The notes: generated by a model from the letters alone, not told the origin. A stretch of 64,000 nt of DNA from an uncultured delta proteobacterium (GCA_963803435.1 CAWDML010000001.1:1504001-1568000), one strand, 5' to 3'; shown: positions 47,885 through 58,501, numbered from the stretch's first letter. Program-made: numbers and translations.

Positions 47885-49722
47885 TGCTGTTCCACCCCGT
47901 CATCACCACCGCCCTGCTCTCGGTCGGCTGGCAGCCGACCGGGCTCCGCTGGAACGCGAACCAGTTTCCGATCCCATATTGCATCACCACGAACGCCGGG
48001 AACACGAACGTGAGCGCCGCCGGGCAACGCTCGGCGGTCGAGGCCGCGATCCGCTCCTGGATCAACACGAACAACGGCGGCGGCCTCTCTTGCAGCACCT
48101 ACAACGCGGCCCCCGCCGGCTTCTCCTGCTCCGTCGGCGTGAACACGAACGACGGTCATCAGAACATCTTCTGGACCACCAACTGGACCAACGGCTCCAG
48201 CGCCATCGGCGTGACCTGGTCCACCGGCAACGGCCAGGGCTGCGGCAACGTCACCGACGACACCGGGCAGTTCAGCCAGCTCGGCTGCAAGTACGACTCG
48301 GACATCGAGTTCAACGATCGCGACTTCTTCTGGACCACCAACGGCAGCGGTACCGACATCCAGTCCATCGCGGTGCACGAGTACGGGCACTTCATCGGGC
48401 TCGATCACTGCACCAACAACGGCACCTGCCAGGTGGGCACCGGCATCATGGCGGCCGCGTATCCCGGCGGTCTGATCCGCTCGCTCTTCAACGACGACGT
48501 CCAGGGCGGCTGCGCGCTCTACCCCGGCACCCCGGGCGGGGTCGGCTGGCCGTGCGGGGCCGCCAACCAGTGCACCTCGAACATCTGCGTCAACCCGGGC
48601 ACCACCGGCTACTGCAGCCAGACCTGCGGCACCTGCCCGCAGGGCTTCATCTGCGACGCCAACCCCCAGAACCCGGGCCAGATGGTCTGCGTGCGGGACG
48701 ACGGCCTCAACAAGGATCAGTGCGAGGTCTGCCAGATCGGCCTGCCGGGCGCGTGCGCGAGCAACGGCATCTGCGTCCGCGGCCTCCCCAGCAACAACGA
48801 GGGCCGCTGCGTCGAGCCGTGCGCCGGCACCACCTGCGACACGAACTACCAGTGCCTGACCGTCCAGTTCCAGGACGGAAGCACGGACGACTACTGCTTC
48901 CCACGATCGAACGACTGCAACGACCCCGGCAACTTCACCGAGCTCCAGCTCGGCCAGAACTGCACCGGCAACCCGCCTTGCGCCGCGAATCTCGAGTGCG
49001 TCGGCACCAGCAACTCGGGCATCTGCGCGCCCGAGTGCACCGGCAACCCCGGTGCGTGCCCGCAGTCCTGGGCGTGCGCCGACTTCCAGGGCGGGCAGTC
49101 GTTCTGCCTGCCGTCGGTGAACGAGGGTCAGTCGTGCGAGGGCCTGGTCGCGTGCAGCGTCGGGCCCTGCCTCATCACGACGCAGGGCGGCGCTGCCACC
49201 TGCTTCCGCGACTGCGATGGCAACGCGGGCGCCTGCAACAACGCTCAGGCCTGCAACACGTACAGCCTGCAGGGTGGAGGCTCGGTCTCGATCTGCGAGC
49301 CGCCCGGCGTCCCGCCGAACCCGCCCGATGCCGGCGTGATCTTCCCGGACGCCAGCGTCATGCCCGGCGACGACGCGGGCATGGTGGGGGACAAGGACGC
49401 CAGCGTGACCCCGCAGGACGACGGCGGGACCGTGACCACCCCGGACGCCGGGCAAAACCCGGAGAGCTGCGACTGCGACCTCACGTTCGCCTGCGACCCG
49501 AACTGTGGACAGTGCGATCCGGAGTGCAACTGCGCGTGCGATCTGACCACCGCATGCGATCCCGGATGCGGAGCCTGTGATCCGGAGTGTCTGAACGGCG
49601 TCGATCCGAGGGGCACCGGCTGCTCGGGTTGCACCAGCACCGAGGCGCCGGTTGACCCGTCCTTCTCACTGGGATTGGCGGCGCTGCTCGCCGGCCTGTT
49701 CCTCACCCGCAAGCGGCGGTAG
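47881..49722 (+). CDS. matrixin (M10-like) metalloprotease with Cys-rich stalk and MYXO-CTERM-like tail
   Basis: DIEFN, HEYGHFIGLDH, Met-turn IMAA; tail GCSGC...LFLTRKRR. Confidence 0.88.
   Translation: MMLFHPVITTALLSVGWQPTGLRWNANQFPIPYCITTNAGNTNVSAAGQRSAVEAAIRSWINTNNGGGLSCSTYNAAPAGFSCSVGVNTNDGHQNIFWTTNWTNGSSAIGVTWSTGNGQGCGNVTDDTGQFSQLGCKYDSDIEFNDRDFFWTTNGSGTDIQSIAVHEYGHFIGLDHCTNNGTCQVGTGIMAAAYPGGLIRSLFNDDVQGGCALYPGTPGGVGWPCGAANQCTSNICVNPGTTGYCSQTCGTCPQGFICDANPQNPGQMVCVRDDGLNKDQCEVCQIGLPGACASNGICVRGLPSNNEGRCVEPCAGTTCDTNYQCLTVQFQDGSTDDYCFPRSNDCNDPGNFTELQLGQNCTGNPPCAANLECVGTSNSGICAPECTGNPGACPQSWACADFQGGQSFCLPSVNEGQSCEGLVACSVGPCLITTQGGAATCFRDCDGNAGACNNAQACNTYSLQGGGSVSICEPPGVPPNPPDAGVIFPDASVMPGDDAGMVGDKDASVTPQDDGGTVTTPDAGQNPESCDCDLTFACDPNCGQCDPECNCACDLTTACDPGCGACDPECLNGVDPRGTGCSGCTSTEAPVDPSFSLGLAALLAGLFLTRKRR
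49468..49590 (+). repeat. tandem 20-aa Cys repeat (CxCDLTxACDPxCGxCDPEC, twice)
   Basis: CDCDLTFACDPNCGQCDPEC followed by CACDLTTACDPGCGACDPEC. Confidence 0.8.
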
Positions 49723-49731
49723 ATTCGAAGG

Positions 49732-51042
49732 GTGTCCTCGCCGGCGGAGATACCGCACGCAGACGAGGCGCTGAAATCCCTCGTTGCGCGCTTCCAAGCG
49801 GATCCCGCGGAGGCCTTCATCGAGCTCTGCGCCGCGCTGCTCGCCCGTGGCCACGCCTCGGAGGCTCTCCGGGTCGCGGAGCACGGGCTCCAGATGGAGC
49901 CGACCAGCGTCGAGGGCCGGATCGAGCGGGCGGCCTCGCTGCTCGCGCTCGGCCGGCCTCGCGTCGCTTACGTCGAGCTCCGGCGCGCCCTCGCCATCGA
50001 TCCGAGCCACCGCCGCGCGATGCGCCTCCTCGGGAAGGCGTTCGTCGACGCGGGGGCCCCGACCCGCGCCGCCGACCTGCTGGCGAAGCGCTCGATGAAC
50101 GAGGACTCCGAGGACACCAGGTCGGACACGGCGAAGACACCGCCGCCGAAGGTCGCCAAGCCTCGCCTCCCGCCGCCCTCCGCCGACACGAAGCCGCTCC
50201 AGGCGGCCCGCAGCACCACGGAGCCACGCGGACAGAGCATCCCGGATCTGTTCTCGGCCTTGACCAAGGACCTTGGCCTCGGCGGCGCGGTCCCGGAGGC
50301 GCCCGTCCGGCGCGTCGAGGTCACGCAGATCATCCGCAGGAAGGGGCTTCCGCGGGCGCCCCGCTCGGCCAGCGAGCTGGTCGCGATCGAGGGACCGATC
50401 GTCGACACCACCCAACCGGGCCACCTGATCGAGGCCCAGGGCGTCGACGAGATGGACGCGATCGCGCCGCCGATCGCCGAGCCGCTCTTCGATCGCGCCA
50501 CCACCGATCAGTTCTCGATCGCCGGCTTCACGCTGGGTGACGACGAGCCGCTCTTCCAGGACGACATGCCGTTCGAGGTCCGCCCGGTCGATGCGGACGA
50601 GCCCGCCTCCCGTGCGCCCACCGTGCCGACCGGCAAGCCGCCGGCGCGGATGACCCGCGTGGATCCCGCGGGCGAGGCCGGTGACACGGTCGTCGACGTC
50701 GTCGAGGAGATGTCGGGCCCGCTCGAGGAGTTGCGACCCAACAGCCCGGCGCCGCTCAACTTCGACGAGGAGGCCACCCCGCTGTCGCCGCTGCCGGTGG
50801 TCGAGAAGAAGCGGCCGCAGGCGGCCGAGAGCCCGCGGCTCGAGGTCATCGATCCCAAGCCCAAGCAGGCGCACGTGGCCATGGCCATCGCCGGCGCGCT
50901 GGCGATCGTGCTCTATGCGGTCGGCCTGTTGTGGGCCTCCTACGACACGATGAAGCCCTGGTTCCCGCACGGGAGCGACTCGTCCGCGCAGGAGCAGCAG
51001 AGCGCGGATGGAAGCGGCAACGCCACCGCGCGTGTTCCTTGA
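49732..51042 (+). CDS. TPR protein with Pro/acidic linker and C-terminal TM helix
   Basis: N-terminal TPR helices ([14 protein letters not shown]); [23 protein letters not shown]. Confidence 0.75.
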   Translation: MSSPAEIPHADEALKSLVARFQADPAEAFIELCAALLARGHASEALRVAEHGLQMEPTSVEGRIERAASLLALGRPRVAYVELRRALAIDPSHRRAMRLLGKAFVDAGAPTRAADLLAKRSMNEDSEDTRSDTAKTPPPKVAKPRLPPPSADTKPLQAARSTTEPRGQSIPDLFSALTKDLGLGGAVPEAPVRRVEVTQIIRRKGLPRAPRSASELVAIEGPIVDTTQPGHLIEAQGVDEMDAIAPPIAEPLFDRATTDQFSIAGFTLGDDEPLFQDDMPFEVRPVDADEPASRAPTVPTGKPPARMTRVDPAGEAGDTVVDVVEEMSGPLEELRPNSPAPLNFDEEATPLSPLPVVEKKRPQAAESPRLEVIDPKPKQAHVAMAIAGALAIVLYAVGLLWASYDTMKPWFPHGSDSSAQEQQSADGSGNATARVP

Positions 51043-51043
51043 C

Positions 51044-52255
51044 GTGCCCATCCTCGTTCAGAAGTACGGAGGCAGCTCCGTCGCCACCATCGACAAGCTC
51101 AAGCGGGTCGCGAGCCTCGTCTGTGACGCGAAGCGGGCCGGACACGACATGGTGGTCGTGGTCTCGGCCATGGGCGACACCACCGACGAGCTCCTCGAGA
51201 AGGCCAAGCAGATCGCGGACGAGCCGGACCGTCGCGAGCTCGATATGCTCCTGTCGGTTGGCGAGCGCATCTCGATGTCGCTCCTGGCGATGGCGATCCG
51301 CTCGCAGGGATTCGAGGCCGTCTCGCTGACCGGCAGCCAGTCCGGCATCATCACCACGTCGAGCCACGCGAACGCGCGCATCATGGAGGTGCGTCCGTTC
51401 CGAGTGCAGGACGAGCTCGAGCAGAACAAGATCGTCATCGTCGCGGGCTATCAAGGCGTCAGCTACAAGCGCGAGATCACCACCCTCGGGCGCGGCGGAT
51501 CCGACACCACCGCGGTGGCGCTGGCGGCGGCGCTCGACGCGGAAGCATGCGAGATCTACTCGGACGTCGATGGCGTGCGGACCACCGATCCGCGCCTGGT
51601 CCCGGACGCCGCGCGTCTGCCCGCGCTCGGCTACGCCGAGATGCAGGAGCTGGCCGAGGCCGGCGCGAAGGTGCTCAACGCTCAGGCGGTCGAGTTCGCC
51701 AAGACCAAGGGGATCGCGATCTACGCCAGGAAGACCGGCTCGACCAATCCGGGTACGGTCGTCCGTCGCGACGTACCGGCGCCCAGCTCGGGCGTCCGCG
51801 GCATCGCGCATCAGCGCGAGGTGATCTGGGTGGAATCGTCGCACGACGTCGAGCCGCACCTCCTCGGCGCCCTCTTCGCGCGGCTCGACATGCTGGGCGC
51901 GCACCCGCGGCAGGTGACGCTGGCAGCCCGCAAGTTCTCTTGCGTGATCAACCTCGACGACGTCCATGCGCGGTCCACCCTGGACGTCCTGCTGGAGACG
52001 CACCTGGGGCCGAACAGCGCCCGCGCCGGGCGCGGGGCGGTCTCGCTCATCGGCGAAGGGATCACGCGCGACGCCTCGGTCCTGACCCGGACGCTGGAGG
52101 TCCTGGCGGGCGCCGCCATCCCGGTGGCCGGCGTCTCGACCTCGTCCTTCCGCATCACGGCCATCCTTCCGACCGAGTCGGTGGAAAGGGCCGTCACTGC
52201 GCTGCACTCGACGTTTGATCTGACCCGGCCTGCGGCCGACGCCGTGATGCAGTAG
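51044..52255 (+). CDS. lysC: aspartate kinase
   Basis: [38 protein letters not shown] and GAKVL motifs; ACT-like C-terminus. Confidence 0.93.
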   Translation: MPILVQKYGGSSVATIDKLKRVASLVCDAKRAGHDMVVVVSAMGDTTDELLEKAKQIADEPDRRELDMLLSVGERISMSLLAMAIRSQGFEAVSLTGSQSGIITTSSHANARIMEVRPFRVQDELEQNKIVIVAGYQGVSYKREITTLGRGGSDTTAVALAAALDAEACEIYSDVDGVRTTDPRLVPDAARLPALGYAEMQELAEAGAKVLNAQAVEFAKTKGIAIYARKTGSTNPGTVVRRDVPAPSSGVRGIAHQREVIWVESSHDVEPHLLGALFARLDMLGAHPRQVTLAARKFSCVINLDDVHARSTLDVLLETHLGPNSARAGRGAVSLIGEGITRDASVLTRTLEVLAGAAIPVAGVSTSSFRITAILPTESVERAVTALHSTFDLTRPAADAVMQ

Positions 52256-52280
52256 GGCTTGCGCAAAAGCCCCATTCGGG

Positions 52281-52335
52281 CGAGAAGCCGGACCGGATCT
52301 CGGAGGGCCCTTCGGTCCTTCTCGACAGGAGGTCG
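52281..52335 (+). promoter_or_regulatory. csrA leader hairpins with GGA in the loops (candidate CsrA sites)
   Basis: CGAGAAG..GACCGGA pairs with TTCGGTC.CTTCTCG around a loop containing CGGAG; CGAC-AGGAG-GTCG hairpin overlaps the SD. Confidence 0.55.
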
Positions 52336-52339
52336 TCCA

Positions 52340-52579
52340 GTGCTCTCTCTCGCACGCCGTCCGGGACAGAAGATCCGAATCGGCGAGGACATCATCCTCG
52401 TCGTCCGCGAGATCCGAGGACGTCAGGTCAAGATCGGGATCGAAGCGCCCGCGTCGGTCCGCGTCCTCCGTGAAGAGATCTACGAGGAGATGTGCGCCGC
52501 CAACCGGGAAGCTTCGGCGCACCCGCTCGGTCCGGAGACGCTCGCCGCCCTCTCGTCCGCGAGGAAGGATCGGCGGTGA
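52340..52579 (+). CDS. csrA: carbon storage regulator
   Basis: MLSLARRPGQKIRIGEDI...VKIGIEAPASVRVLREEIY. Confidence 0.92.
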   Translation: MLSLARRPGQKIRIGEDIILVVREIRGRQVKIGIEAPASVRVLREEIYEEMCAANREASAHPLGPETLAALSSARKDRR

Positions 52580-53007
52580 AGGTTGCCACAGCCCGGTTCG
52601 GGGAGGTCGAGGTCACGGACGATCGCGTCCTCACCTTCCCCGAGGGGCTACCGGGTTTCGAAGGCAAGCGCTACGCCTTGCTGGCACGCTCCGAGACCCC
52701 CACGGTCGAGTGGCTGCAGTCGCTCTCGGATCCACAGGTCGCGGTCATGGTCCTCGACCCCGAGCGTTTCGAGATCGATTACACCCCCAAGCCCAAGGCC
52801 GCCGAGCTGGCACCCATCGACGGCGAGGCTGGCGCCCCGATCGCCTGCCGCGTGGTGGTCCGGGACGGCGAGGTGCCAGGTGAGGCGTACCTCAACCTGT
52901 TCGCGCCGATCCTGATCAACTTCTCGAAAAGCTTGGCGATGCAGGTGCCGCTGGTCGGCAGCGGGTTCGACGTCCGCGAACCCTGGCCCTCTCGGAGCGC
53001 GACCTGA
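52576..53007 (+). CDS. fliW: FliW family CsrA antagonist
   Basis: TARFGEVEV, FPEGLPGFE, WLQS and NLFAPILIN motifs; overlaps csrA. Confidence 0.88.
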   Translation: MKVATARFGEVEVTDDRVLTFPEGLPGFEGKRYALLARSETPTVEWLQSLSDPQVAVMVLDPERFEIDYTPKPKAAELAPIDGEAGAPIACRVVVRDGEVPGEAYLNLFAPILINFSKSLAMQVPLVGSGFDVREPWPSRSAT

Positions 53008-53022
53008 TACCTTCGGTCTCGC

Positions 53023-53532
53023 GTGATCGAGCTCTTTACCTTCCTGGAGAAGAACAAGCCGGAAATCATCGAAGACCTGATGGAGCGCATCCCTGCGACG
53101 GTGCCCGCCTATCTCAAGGTGCCGAAGCCGGAGCTGCGCCAGACGCTCGAGCACCTGCTCGAGGCCTTCGGCGATTATCTGGTGACGGGTGAGCCCGACA
53201 CGCTCACCTCGGTGCTCCGCTACATCACCAAGGTGCGGGCCCAGCAGAGCTTCAAGCTCTCCGACGTCCTCCGCTCGCTGCTCCTGCTCCCGCCCGCGCT
53301 CCGCGAGCGGCTCCAGGAGGAGTATCGCGATCGGGACACCGAGGACGGCCGCGAGGCCTTCAACGACGCCATGGAGAAGTTCGAGGAGACCACCTACAAC
53401 GCGGTCTGCCTCTTCGTGGACATCTTCCAGGAGTACCTGATGAACATGGTCAACGAGCATCAGGAGTACCTCAAGAAGACCAACCAAAAGTTCGGCGTCG
53501 ATCTCTCCAAGTTCATCCTCTTCAAGGGGTGA
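53023..53532 (+). CDS. stand-alone RsbRD-N-like (globin-like) helical protein
   Basis: All-helical; RAQQSFKLSDV resembles the RxxxGFxxxE/D motif of RsbRD_N. Confidence 0.55.
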   Translation: MIELFTFLEKNKPEIIEDLMERIPATVPAYLKVPKPELRQTLEHLLEAFGDYLVTGEPDTLTSVLRYITKVRAQQSFKLSDVLRSLLLLPPALRERLQEEYRDRDTEDGREAFNDAMEKFEETTYNAVCLFVDIFQEYLMNMVNEHQEYLKKTNQKFGVDLSKFILFKG

Positions 53533-53535
53533 TGA

Positions 53536-54222
53536 GTGGAAAAGGACGATCCGAAGGTCACCGCCGGCCGGCTCGCGTTCGACGACGATTACCGGCGCAA
53601 GCAGATCTCGGGTAACGACGGATCTCCGGAGCTCGAGGCGATCGTGGAGAGCCTCGACGGCCCCCAGACCGGCGAGTCGCTCGACGACCTTCTACCGCGG
53701 CGGCGCCATCCGGATCTCCGTCCGGTCGACATCGAGCCGCCCGGTTTCCTGCGTCCGCTCGAGGCGATGCGCGACATCTACATGCGCGTGAAGAGCCGGA
53801 TCTCGCCCCGCACCAAGGAGATCCTCGAAGGGCCGGACCTCGAGGATCTGATCACCATGATGCACGCGCTCTTCGACGACGAGTCGCTGGTGCGAAAGAG
53901 CGACGCGCGCCACCGCCGCGATCTCCTCGACACGATCGGCGACGAGGGCCCGCTCCTCACCGGCTTCTCCGACCCGCGCCTCACCGAGATGTGGCGTCTG
54001 TTTCTCGAGGGCTGGGACATCTGGGTGCCGGAAGGTAAGGAAAACGGCGTCGACCTGTTCTGGGAGGGCGAGGCCGAAGACGACGCGGGGCGCGTCATCG
54101 AGATCCTCCAGTCGCTCGTCTTTCGCGAGGGCGAGGCGCAGCTCTCCACGCGCATCGGCGCGCTCGACGAGACGATCACATTCGACGGATCGGCGTTCTA
54201 CCGCTTGAAGACCCAGCGGTGA
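53536..54222 (+). CDS. hypothetical acidic protein
   Basis: Operon spacing and GC3-biased codons. Confidence 0.7.
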   Translation: MEKDDPKVTAGRLAFDDDYRRKQISGNDGSPELEAIVESLDGPQTGESLDDLLPRRRHPDLRPVDIEPPGFLRPLEAMRDIYMRVKSRISPRTKEILEGPDLEDLITMMHALFDDESLVRKSDARHRRDLLDTIGDEGPLLTGFSDPRLTEMWRLFLEGWDIWVPEGKENGVDLFWEGEAEDDAGRVIEILQSLVFREGEAQLSTRIGALDETITFDGSAFYRLKTQR

Positions 54223-54255
54223 AGTCCGTGTTAGGGTGACAATCGAAACAAGCGG

Positions 54256-56166
54256 ATGGACTGCCCATCGTGTGGAAATACGGTGGCGGAGGCCGCCTGG
54301 ATCTGCGGCTTTTGCGACCACATCCTGGATGCTTCCGTTCTCGGAGACGTCTACGAGAGCGCGGAGGATTCGAGCGATCGCGTGCCCTCCGTCCGCGAAG
54401 AGCGAACCTCACTCATCGTGTGGAACCCCCGCCCGGACAGCGGTGAAGACGACGTCCCCGACGCCATGATTCTGGGCGACGCCGGAGTCGCCGAGGACGA
54501 CTTCCAGCTGATGCGCGGCGCCGCCCGGCGGGACGACGGGCGTACCGCCACGTTCCTCTTCTACGCCAGCAACGCGACGTCGCGGATCATCCATCCCGAC
54601 GCGGTCCCCCGGATCACCGGGGGCGATCAGACGATCCCGAGAACGCCGTACGAGGACTTCATCCTGTCGCAGATCGACGGCGTGCGCAGCGTCCGCGAGA
54701 TCCATCGGGCATCGGGCCTGGCGCCCCAGGAGGTGATGGTCACGCTGCTCACGCTCCTCGACAAGGGTGGGATCCGGATCGACGGCGTCTCCTCACCCCA
54801 GCACGGAATGCGCGACCTGGACGGTGAGCTCGAGACCACGCAGGCGATCGAACGGGCTGCCTCCACCGGTCCGATCCCGGTGATAAACGACGAGGATCTG
54901 CCGAGCGCCACCGACTTCGCGGAGCTGATCGCAGAGGTGAACCAGCAGATCTCGAAGCGCGCGCCCTCGCCCCGCCTCGACTCCTTCTCCGACGTCTGGG
55001 CCGAGCCGGACCCCGACTCCGCCGTCAACGCCGACGCGCTCATCGAGGACCAAGAAGAGATCCCCACCCAGCTCGGCGAGGAGGTGACCAACACCGGACG
55101 CCCCACGTCGCGACGCGCGAGCATCCGCAACGAGCGCTCGGACACCAAGCCGCCCATCCCGCGCGCGACGTCCCCAGCCGAGCGGGCTCTGCCGGCCGAC
55201 GAGCTGCCGACCCGTGAGGACCCGCCGGAGCGGACGCTCTCCCCGGTGGTGCGACCGTCGGCGATCTCGAAGACCCCGGTACCGGCGCCGCTGCTCGACC
55301 CGGCGTTCCTGGTGGAGGTCCCGCCGTCGGAGCGCCTCCTCACGCCGGGCCTGGTCGGCGACCTCGACGAGGAGCCGGTGGTCGCGCCGGTCGGAGAGAC
55401 CCGGCGAGAGAGCACCGGCAAGCGACAGAAGGCCAGGGATCGGCAGCGGCGCGCGCTGGCGAAGGCGGTCAAGCGCGGCCCCATCCAGGAGGTGCGCCGG
55501 GGCGAGAGCCAGCCACGACCAAAGCGAAAGGCCCACTCCGAGAGGCTCGAGCCGGTGCCCGTCCCGGAGGACGCGTCCAACCTCGGGGAGCCCACCCCGC
55601 TGCCGCACGGCCGCCCGAAGGCCGAGCCGATCGACAGCCTCAACATGCTCAAGGCGCAGAAGTTGTTCGACCAGGCGCTCAAGGACAAGTCGGAGGGGAA
55701 CCTGGTCTCCGCGCGCATGAACATGAAGCTGGCGATGACCTTCGATCCCACGAACGAGCTCTATGCGGAGTCGTTCGACGATCTCTCCAAGAACCCCGAC
55801 GCGCAGGTCCGGGCGAACGGGCCCACCGGAAAGTCGCGGGCCCGAGATCTCTACGATCAGGCGACCGAGGCCGAGAACAGCGGCGACGTCGACCGTGCCA
55901 TCACGCTGCTCGAGCAGGCGATCGCGTGCTCGAAGCAGGCGCCCTTCCTCAACCGTCTCGGCGTCCTCCTCGCCATGAAGAAGCGGGAGTTTTCGCGCGC
56001 CCAGCAGCTGGTGGAGCAGGCGAAGGATCTCGCGCCCGACAACACCGCGTACGAGAAGAACCTCCAGAAGATCCTCTCGATGGCCGCGACCTCCGACATG
56101 CGCCGGAACGACGAAGAGCGAGACAACAAGAAGGGTCTGCTCGGCCTGCTCGGGAGGCGCAAGTGA
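54256..56166 (+). CDS. zinc-ribbon, winged-helix-like segment and C-terminal TPR protein
   Basis: CPSC...CGFC; ILSQIDGVRSVREI; C-terminal TPR helices. Confidence 0.75.
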   Translation: MDCPSCGNTVAEAAWICGFCDHILDASVLGDVYESAEDSSDRVPSVREERTSLIVWNPRPDSGEDDVPDAMILGDAGVAEDDFQLMRGAARRDDGRTATFLFYASNATSRIIHPDAVPRITGGDQTIPRTPYEDFILSQIDGVRSVREIHRASGLAPQEVMVTLLTLLDKGGIRIDGVSSPQHGMRDLDGELETTQAIERAASTGPIPVINDEDLPSATDFAELIAEVNQQISKRAPSPRLDSFSDVWAEPDPDSAVNADALIEDQEEIPTQLGEEVTNTGRPTSRRASIRNERSDTKPPIPRATSPAERALPADELPTREDPPERTLSPVVRPSAISKTPVPAPLLDPAFLVEVPPSERLLTPGLVGDLDEEPVVAPVGETRRESTGKRQKARDRQRRALAKAVKRGPIQEVRRGESQPRPKRKAHSERLEPVPVPEDASNLGEPTPLPHGRPKAEPIDSLNMLKAQKLFDQALKDKSEGNLVSARMNMKLAMTFDPTNELYAESFDDLSKNPDAQVRANGPTGKSRARDLYDQATEAENSGDVDRAITLLEQAIACSKQAPFLNRLGVLLAMKKREFSRAQQLVEQAKDLAPDNTAYEKNLQKILSMAATSDMRRNDEERDNKKGLLGLLGRRK

Positions 56167-56726
56167 GGTTGACAGCGCTCGCCACCGGGCTGACCGCGCT
56201 CGTCGCCTCGAGCCTCGCGTATGGCGAGGCCGCGCCCGAGAAGACCGCGGTCGCCAAGGTCGCCAAGCGCACCCGACCGACGACGCTGTTCGAGGAGATC
56301 CAGAAGCTGCTCCCGCGAGGCTGGACCCTCCAGACCGAGGGCCTGCCGGCGGGCGTGCAGGGCATGGCGCTCGGCCCCGCCGGCGCCACGGGTCGCGCGG
56401 TGGTGCTGCTGTCGGTGCTCGATGTCGGCGCGAAGGACGAGGAGCTCACTGATCGGGGCGCGCGTGCATTCCTGGTCGAGGAGGTCGATGCCTCCCCGAG
56501 CGTCGAATCGCTGCGCCCGGTCGCCGGGGGCGTAGCCGGCGCGGCCGAGTTCTCGGCCACCGCGGCGGTGCGAGGCGCGGAGGAACGGATCGTGCGCTAT
56601 CTGGTCGCCAGCGGGACGCCATCTTACCTGTTGACGGTGGTAGCGCCCAAGAGCAGTTTCGAGGCCACCTATCGACAGGTCGTCGAGATCGCAACCCGCC
56701 TTCGCCGCTCGACGGCAAAGCAGTGA
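56163..56726 (+). CDS. secreted hypothetical protein (possibly PsbP/DcrB-like fold)
   Basis: GTG start overlapping the upstream stop; signal peptide; LPRGW and YLLTVVAP patterns. Confidence 0.55.
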   Translation: MRLTALATGLTALVASSLAYGEAAPEKTAVAKVAKRTRPTTLFEEIQKLLPRGWTLQTEGLPAGVQGMALGPAGATGRAVVLLSVLDVGAKDEELTDRGARAFLVEEVDASPSVESLRPVAGGVAGAAEFSATAAVRGAEERIVRYLVASGTPSYLLTVVAPKSSFEATYRQVVEIATRLRRSTAKQ

Positions 56727-56739
56727 TCGAGCAGCGATT

Positions 56740-57660
56740 ATGAGCAAGGATCGAAAGCGCGGCCCGAAGGATAGCGAGACGCTCGGCGGACAGAAGTCGC
56801 GGGTGTTCTCGGGCAAGGCGGGGATGATGGCGATCCCTGCGAACATCGAGTCCGGCCGCAAGGTCGGGAACATGCGGGCCGAGGCGCCGAGGAGCGCGCG
56901 CGCCACCTGGAAGTCGCCGGATCAGGGCTCGGGCTCGGGTCGCTCGATCGCGAAGGCTGGTCAGATGATCTCGCTGACCGACACCGCGATCAGCGCGATG
57001 CCGTCCGACTCGCGCGACCTGGCGGTGCTCTACGAGAAGGACGGTCGCTTCGCCTCCGAGCTTCGCATCCTGGCCACGCGCATGGAGGACCTCCGGACGC
57101 GGCTCGGCTACCGGTCGTTCCTCATCACCTCGCCGGGCGACGGCCAGGGCAAGACGGTCATCGCCTCCAACCTGTCGCTGGTCATGAGCGAGGACTCCGA
57201 GCGACGCGTGGCCCTCCTCGACGCCAACTTTCGCAGCCCCCGGGCGGCCGACCTCTTCAACCTGGACAAGAACCGCAGCCTGCTCTCGGCGCTCAGCGGC
57301 GAGTATCCGCTCTCGCAGTGCGTCGCGCGCGTGCTCGGTCGCAATCTGGTGGTGCTGCACGCGGGCGGCGAGCACAAGAACCCGGCCTCCATCCTCTCGT
57401 CGCCGAAGTTCAAGACCTTGCTCTCGGAGCTCTATCAGTCGGTCGACTTCCTGATCATCGATGCTCCCAGCGCGCTCCCCTACGCCGACGTCCCGCTCCT
57501 CGCGCAGCACGTCGACGCCGTCTTCATGGTCGCTTCGGCGTGGCGCACCAACCGAGCCCGCCTCGACAAGGCGCTCGACACGATCGGCCGTACGCGGGTC
57601 GCCGGCTCGGTCTTCCTGCAACGCTCGAAGCGCGACAAGAAGAAGACCAAGAGTGCCTGA
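56740..57660 (+). CDS. CpsD/CapB (Wzc C-terminal-type) tyrosine kinase
   Basis: ITSPGDGQGKT, LLDANFRSP and IIDAP Walker A/A'/B motifs. Confidence 0.88.
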   Translation: MSKDRKRGPKDSETLGGQKSRVFSGKAGMMAIPANIESGRKVGNMRAEAPRSARATWKSPDQGSGSGRSIAKAGQMISLTDTAISAMPSDSRDLAVLYEKDGRFASELRILATRMEDLRTRLGYRSFLITSPGDGQGKTVIASNLSLVMSEDSERRVALLDANFRSPRAADLFNLDKNRSLLSALSGEYPLSQCVARVLGRNLVVLHAGGEHKNPASILSSPKFKTLLSELYQSVDFLIIDAPSALPYADVPLLAQHVDAVFMVASAWRTNRARLDKALDTIGRTRVAGSVFLQRSKRDKKKTKSA

Positions 57661-58501
57661 GCCCGAAGGCGCGCCGGTCAACGCGATGACGGTGGACGTG
57701 GAGGAGTACTTCACGGTCCAGGCGCTCGACGGCATCGTTCCCCGCGCGCAGTGGCCGGCCCAGCCGCTCCGGTCGGACGCGCAGACGCGGCGCCTCCTCG
57801 ACCTCTTCGACGGGCGCGGCATCCGAGCCACCTTCTTCGTTCTGGGCTGGGTGGCGGATCGCCAGCGCGAGCTGATCAAGGAGATCCACGCGCGGGGGCA
57901 CGAGGTGGCGGCCCACTCGTACTGGCACAAGCTGGTGTTCGAGATGACCCCGGAGGAGTTCCGGGAAGATCTCCGCCGCGTGAAGGGACTCCTCGAGGAT
58001 CTGATCGGTGATGCCGTCATCGGCTACCGCGCGCCGACCTACTCGGTGACCAAAGCATGCCCGTGGGCGCATCCGATCCTCGCCGAGGAAGGCTTCCTCT
58101 ACTCCTCGTCGATCTTCCCCATCGTGCACGATCGCTACGGCATCCCGGACTACCCGCGCTTCCCGGTGAAGCTCTCCGTGGCGGGCCGCGACCTCTGGGA
58201 GTTCCCGCTGACCACGGTGCGGGTGGCCGGACGAAACCTCCCGGTGGCCGGCGGCGGCTATCTGCGGCTCTTTCCCGTCTGGACGGTCGCGAAGGCGATC
58301 GCCCGGGTGAACCGCCGGGAAGGTCAGCCCGCGATCCTCTATCTGCACCCCTGGGAGATCGACCCGCAGATCCCGAAGTTTCGCCAAGGGTTCCTGCGGG
58401 ACACGCGCGGGTACATCGGCCTCCGCGGCATGTTCGGCAAGCTCGACTACCTGATCGAGCGCTTCCCGTTCGCCCGGGTTCGTGACGTTCTTCGGCTCTG
58501 A
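57653..58501 (+). CDS. polysaccharide deacetylase (DUF3473, XrtA/PEP-CTERM-locus type)
   Basis: NAMTVDVEEYF, ATFFVLGWVA, GYRAPTYS, GGGYLRL and YLHPWEIDP motifs. Confidence 0.92.
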   Translation: MPEPEGAPVNAMTVDVEEYFTVQALDGIVPRAQWPAQPLRSDAQTRRLLDLFDGRGIRATFFVLGWVADRQRELIKEIHARGHEVAAHSYWHKLVFEMTPEEFREDLRRVKGLLEDLIGDAVIGYRAPTYSVTKACPWAHPILAEEGFLYSSSIFPIVHDRYGIPDYPRFPVKLSVAGRDLWEFPLTTVRVAGRNLPVAGGGYLRLFPVWTVAKAIARVNRREGQPAILYLHPWEIDPQIPKFRQGFLRDTRGYIGLRGMFGKLDYLIERFPFARVRDVLRL

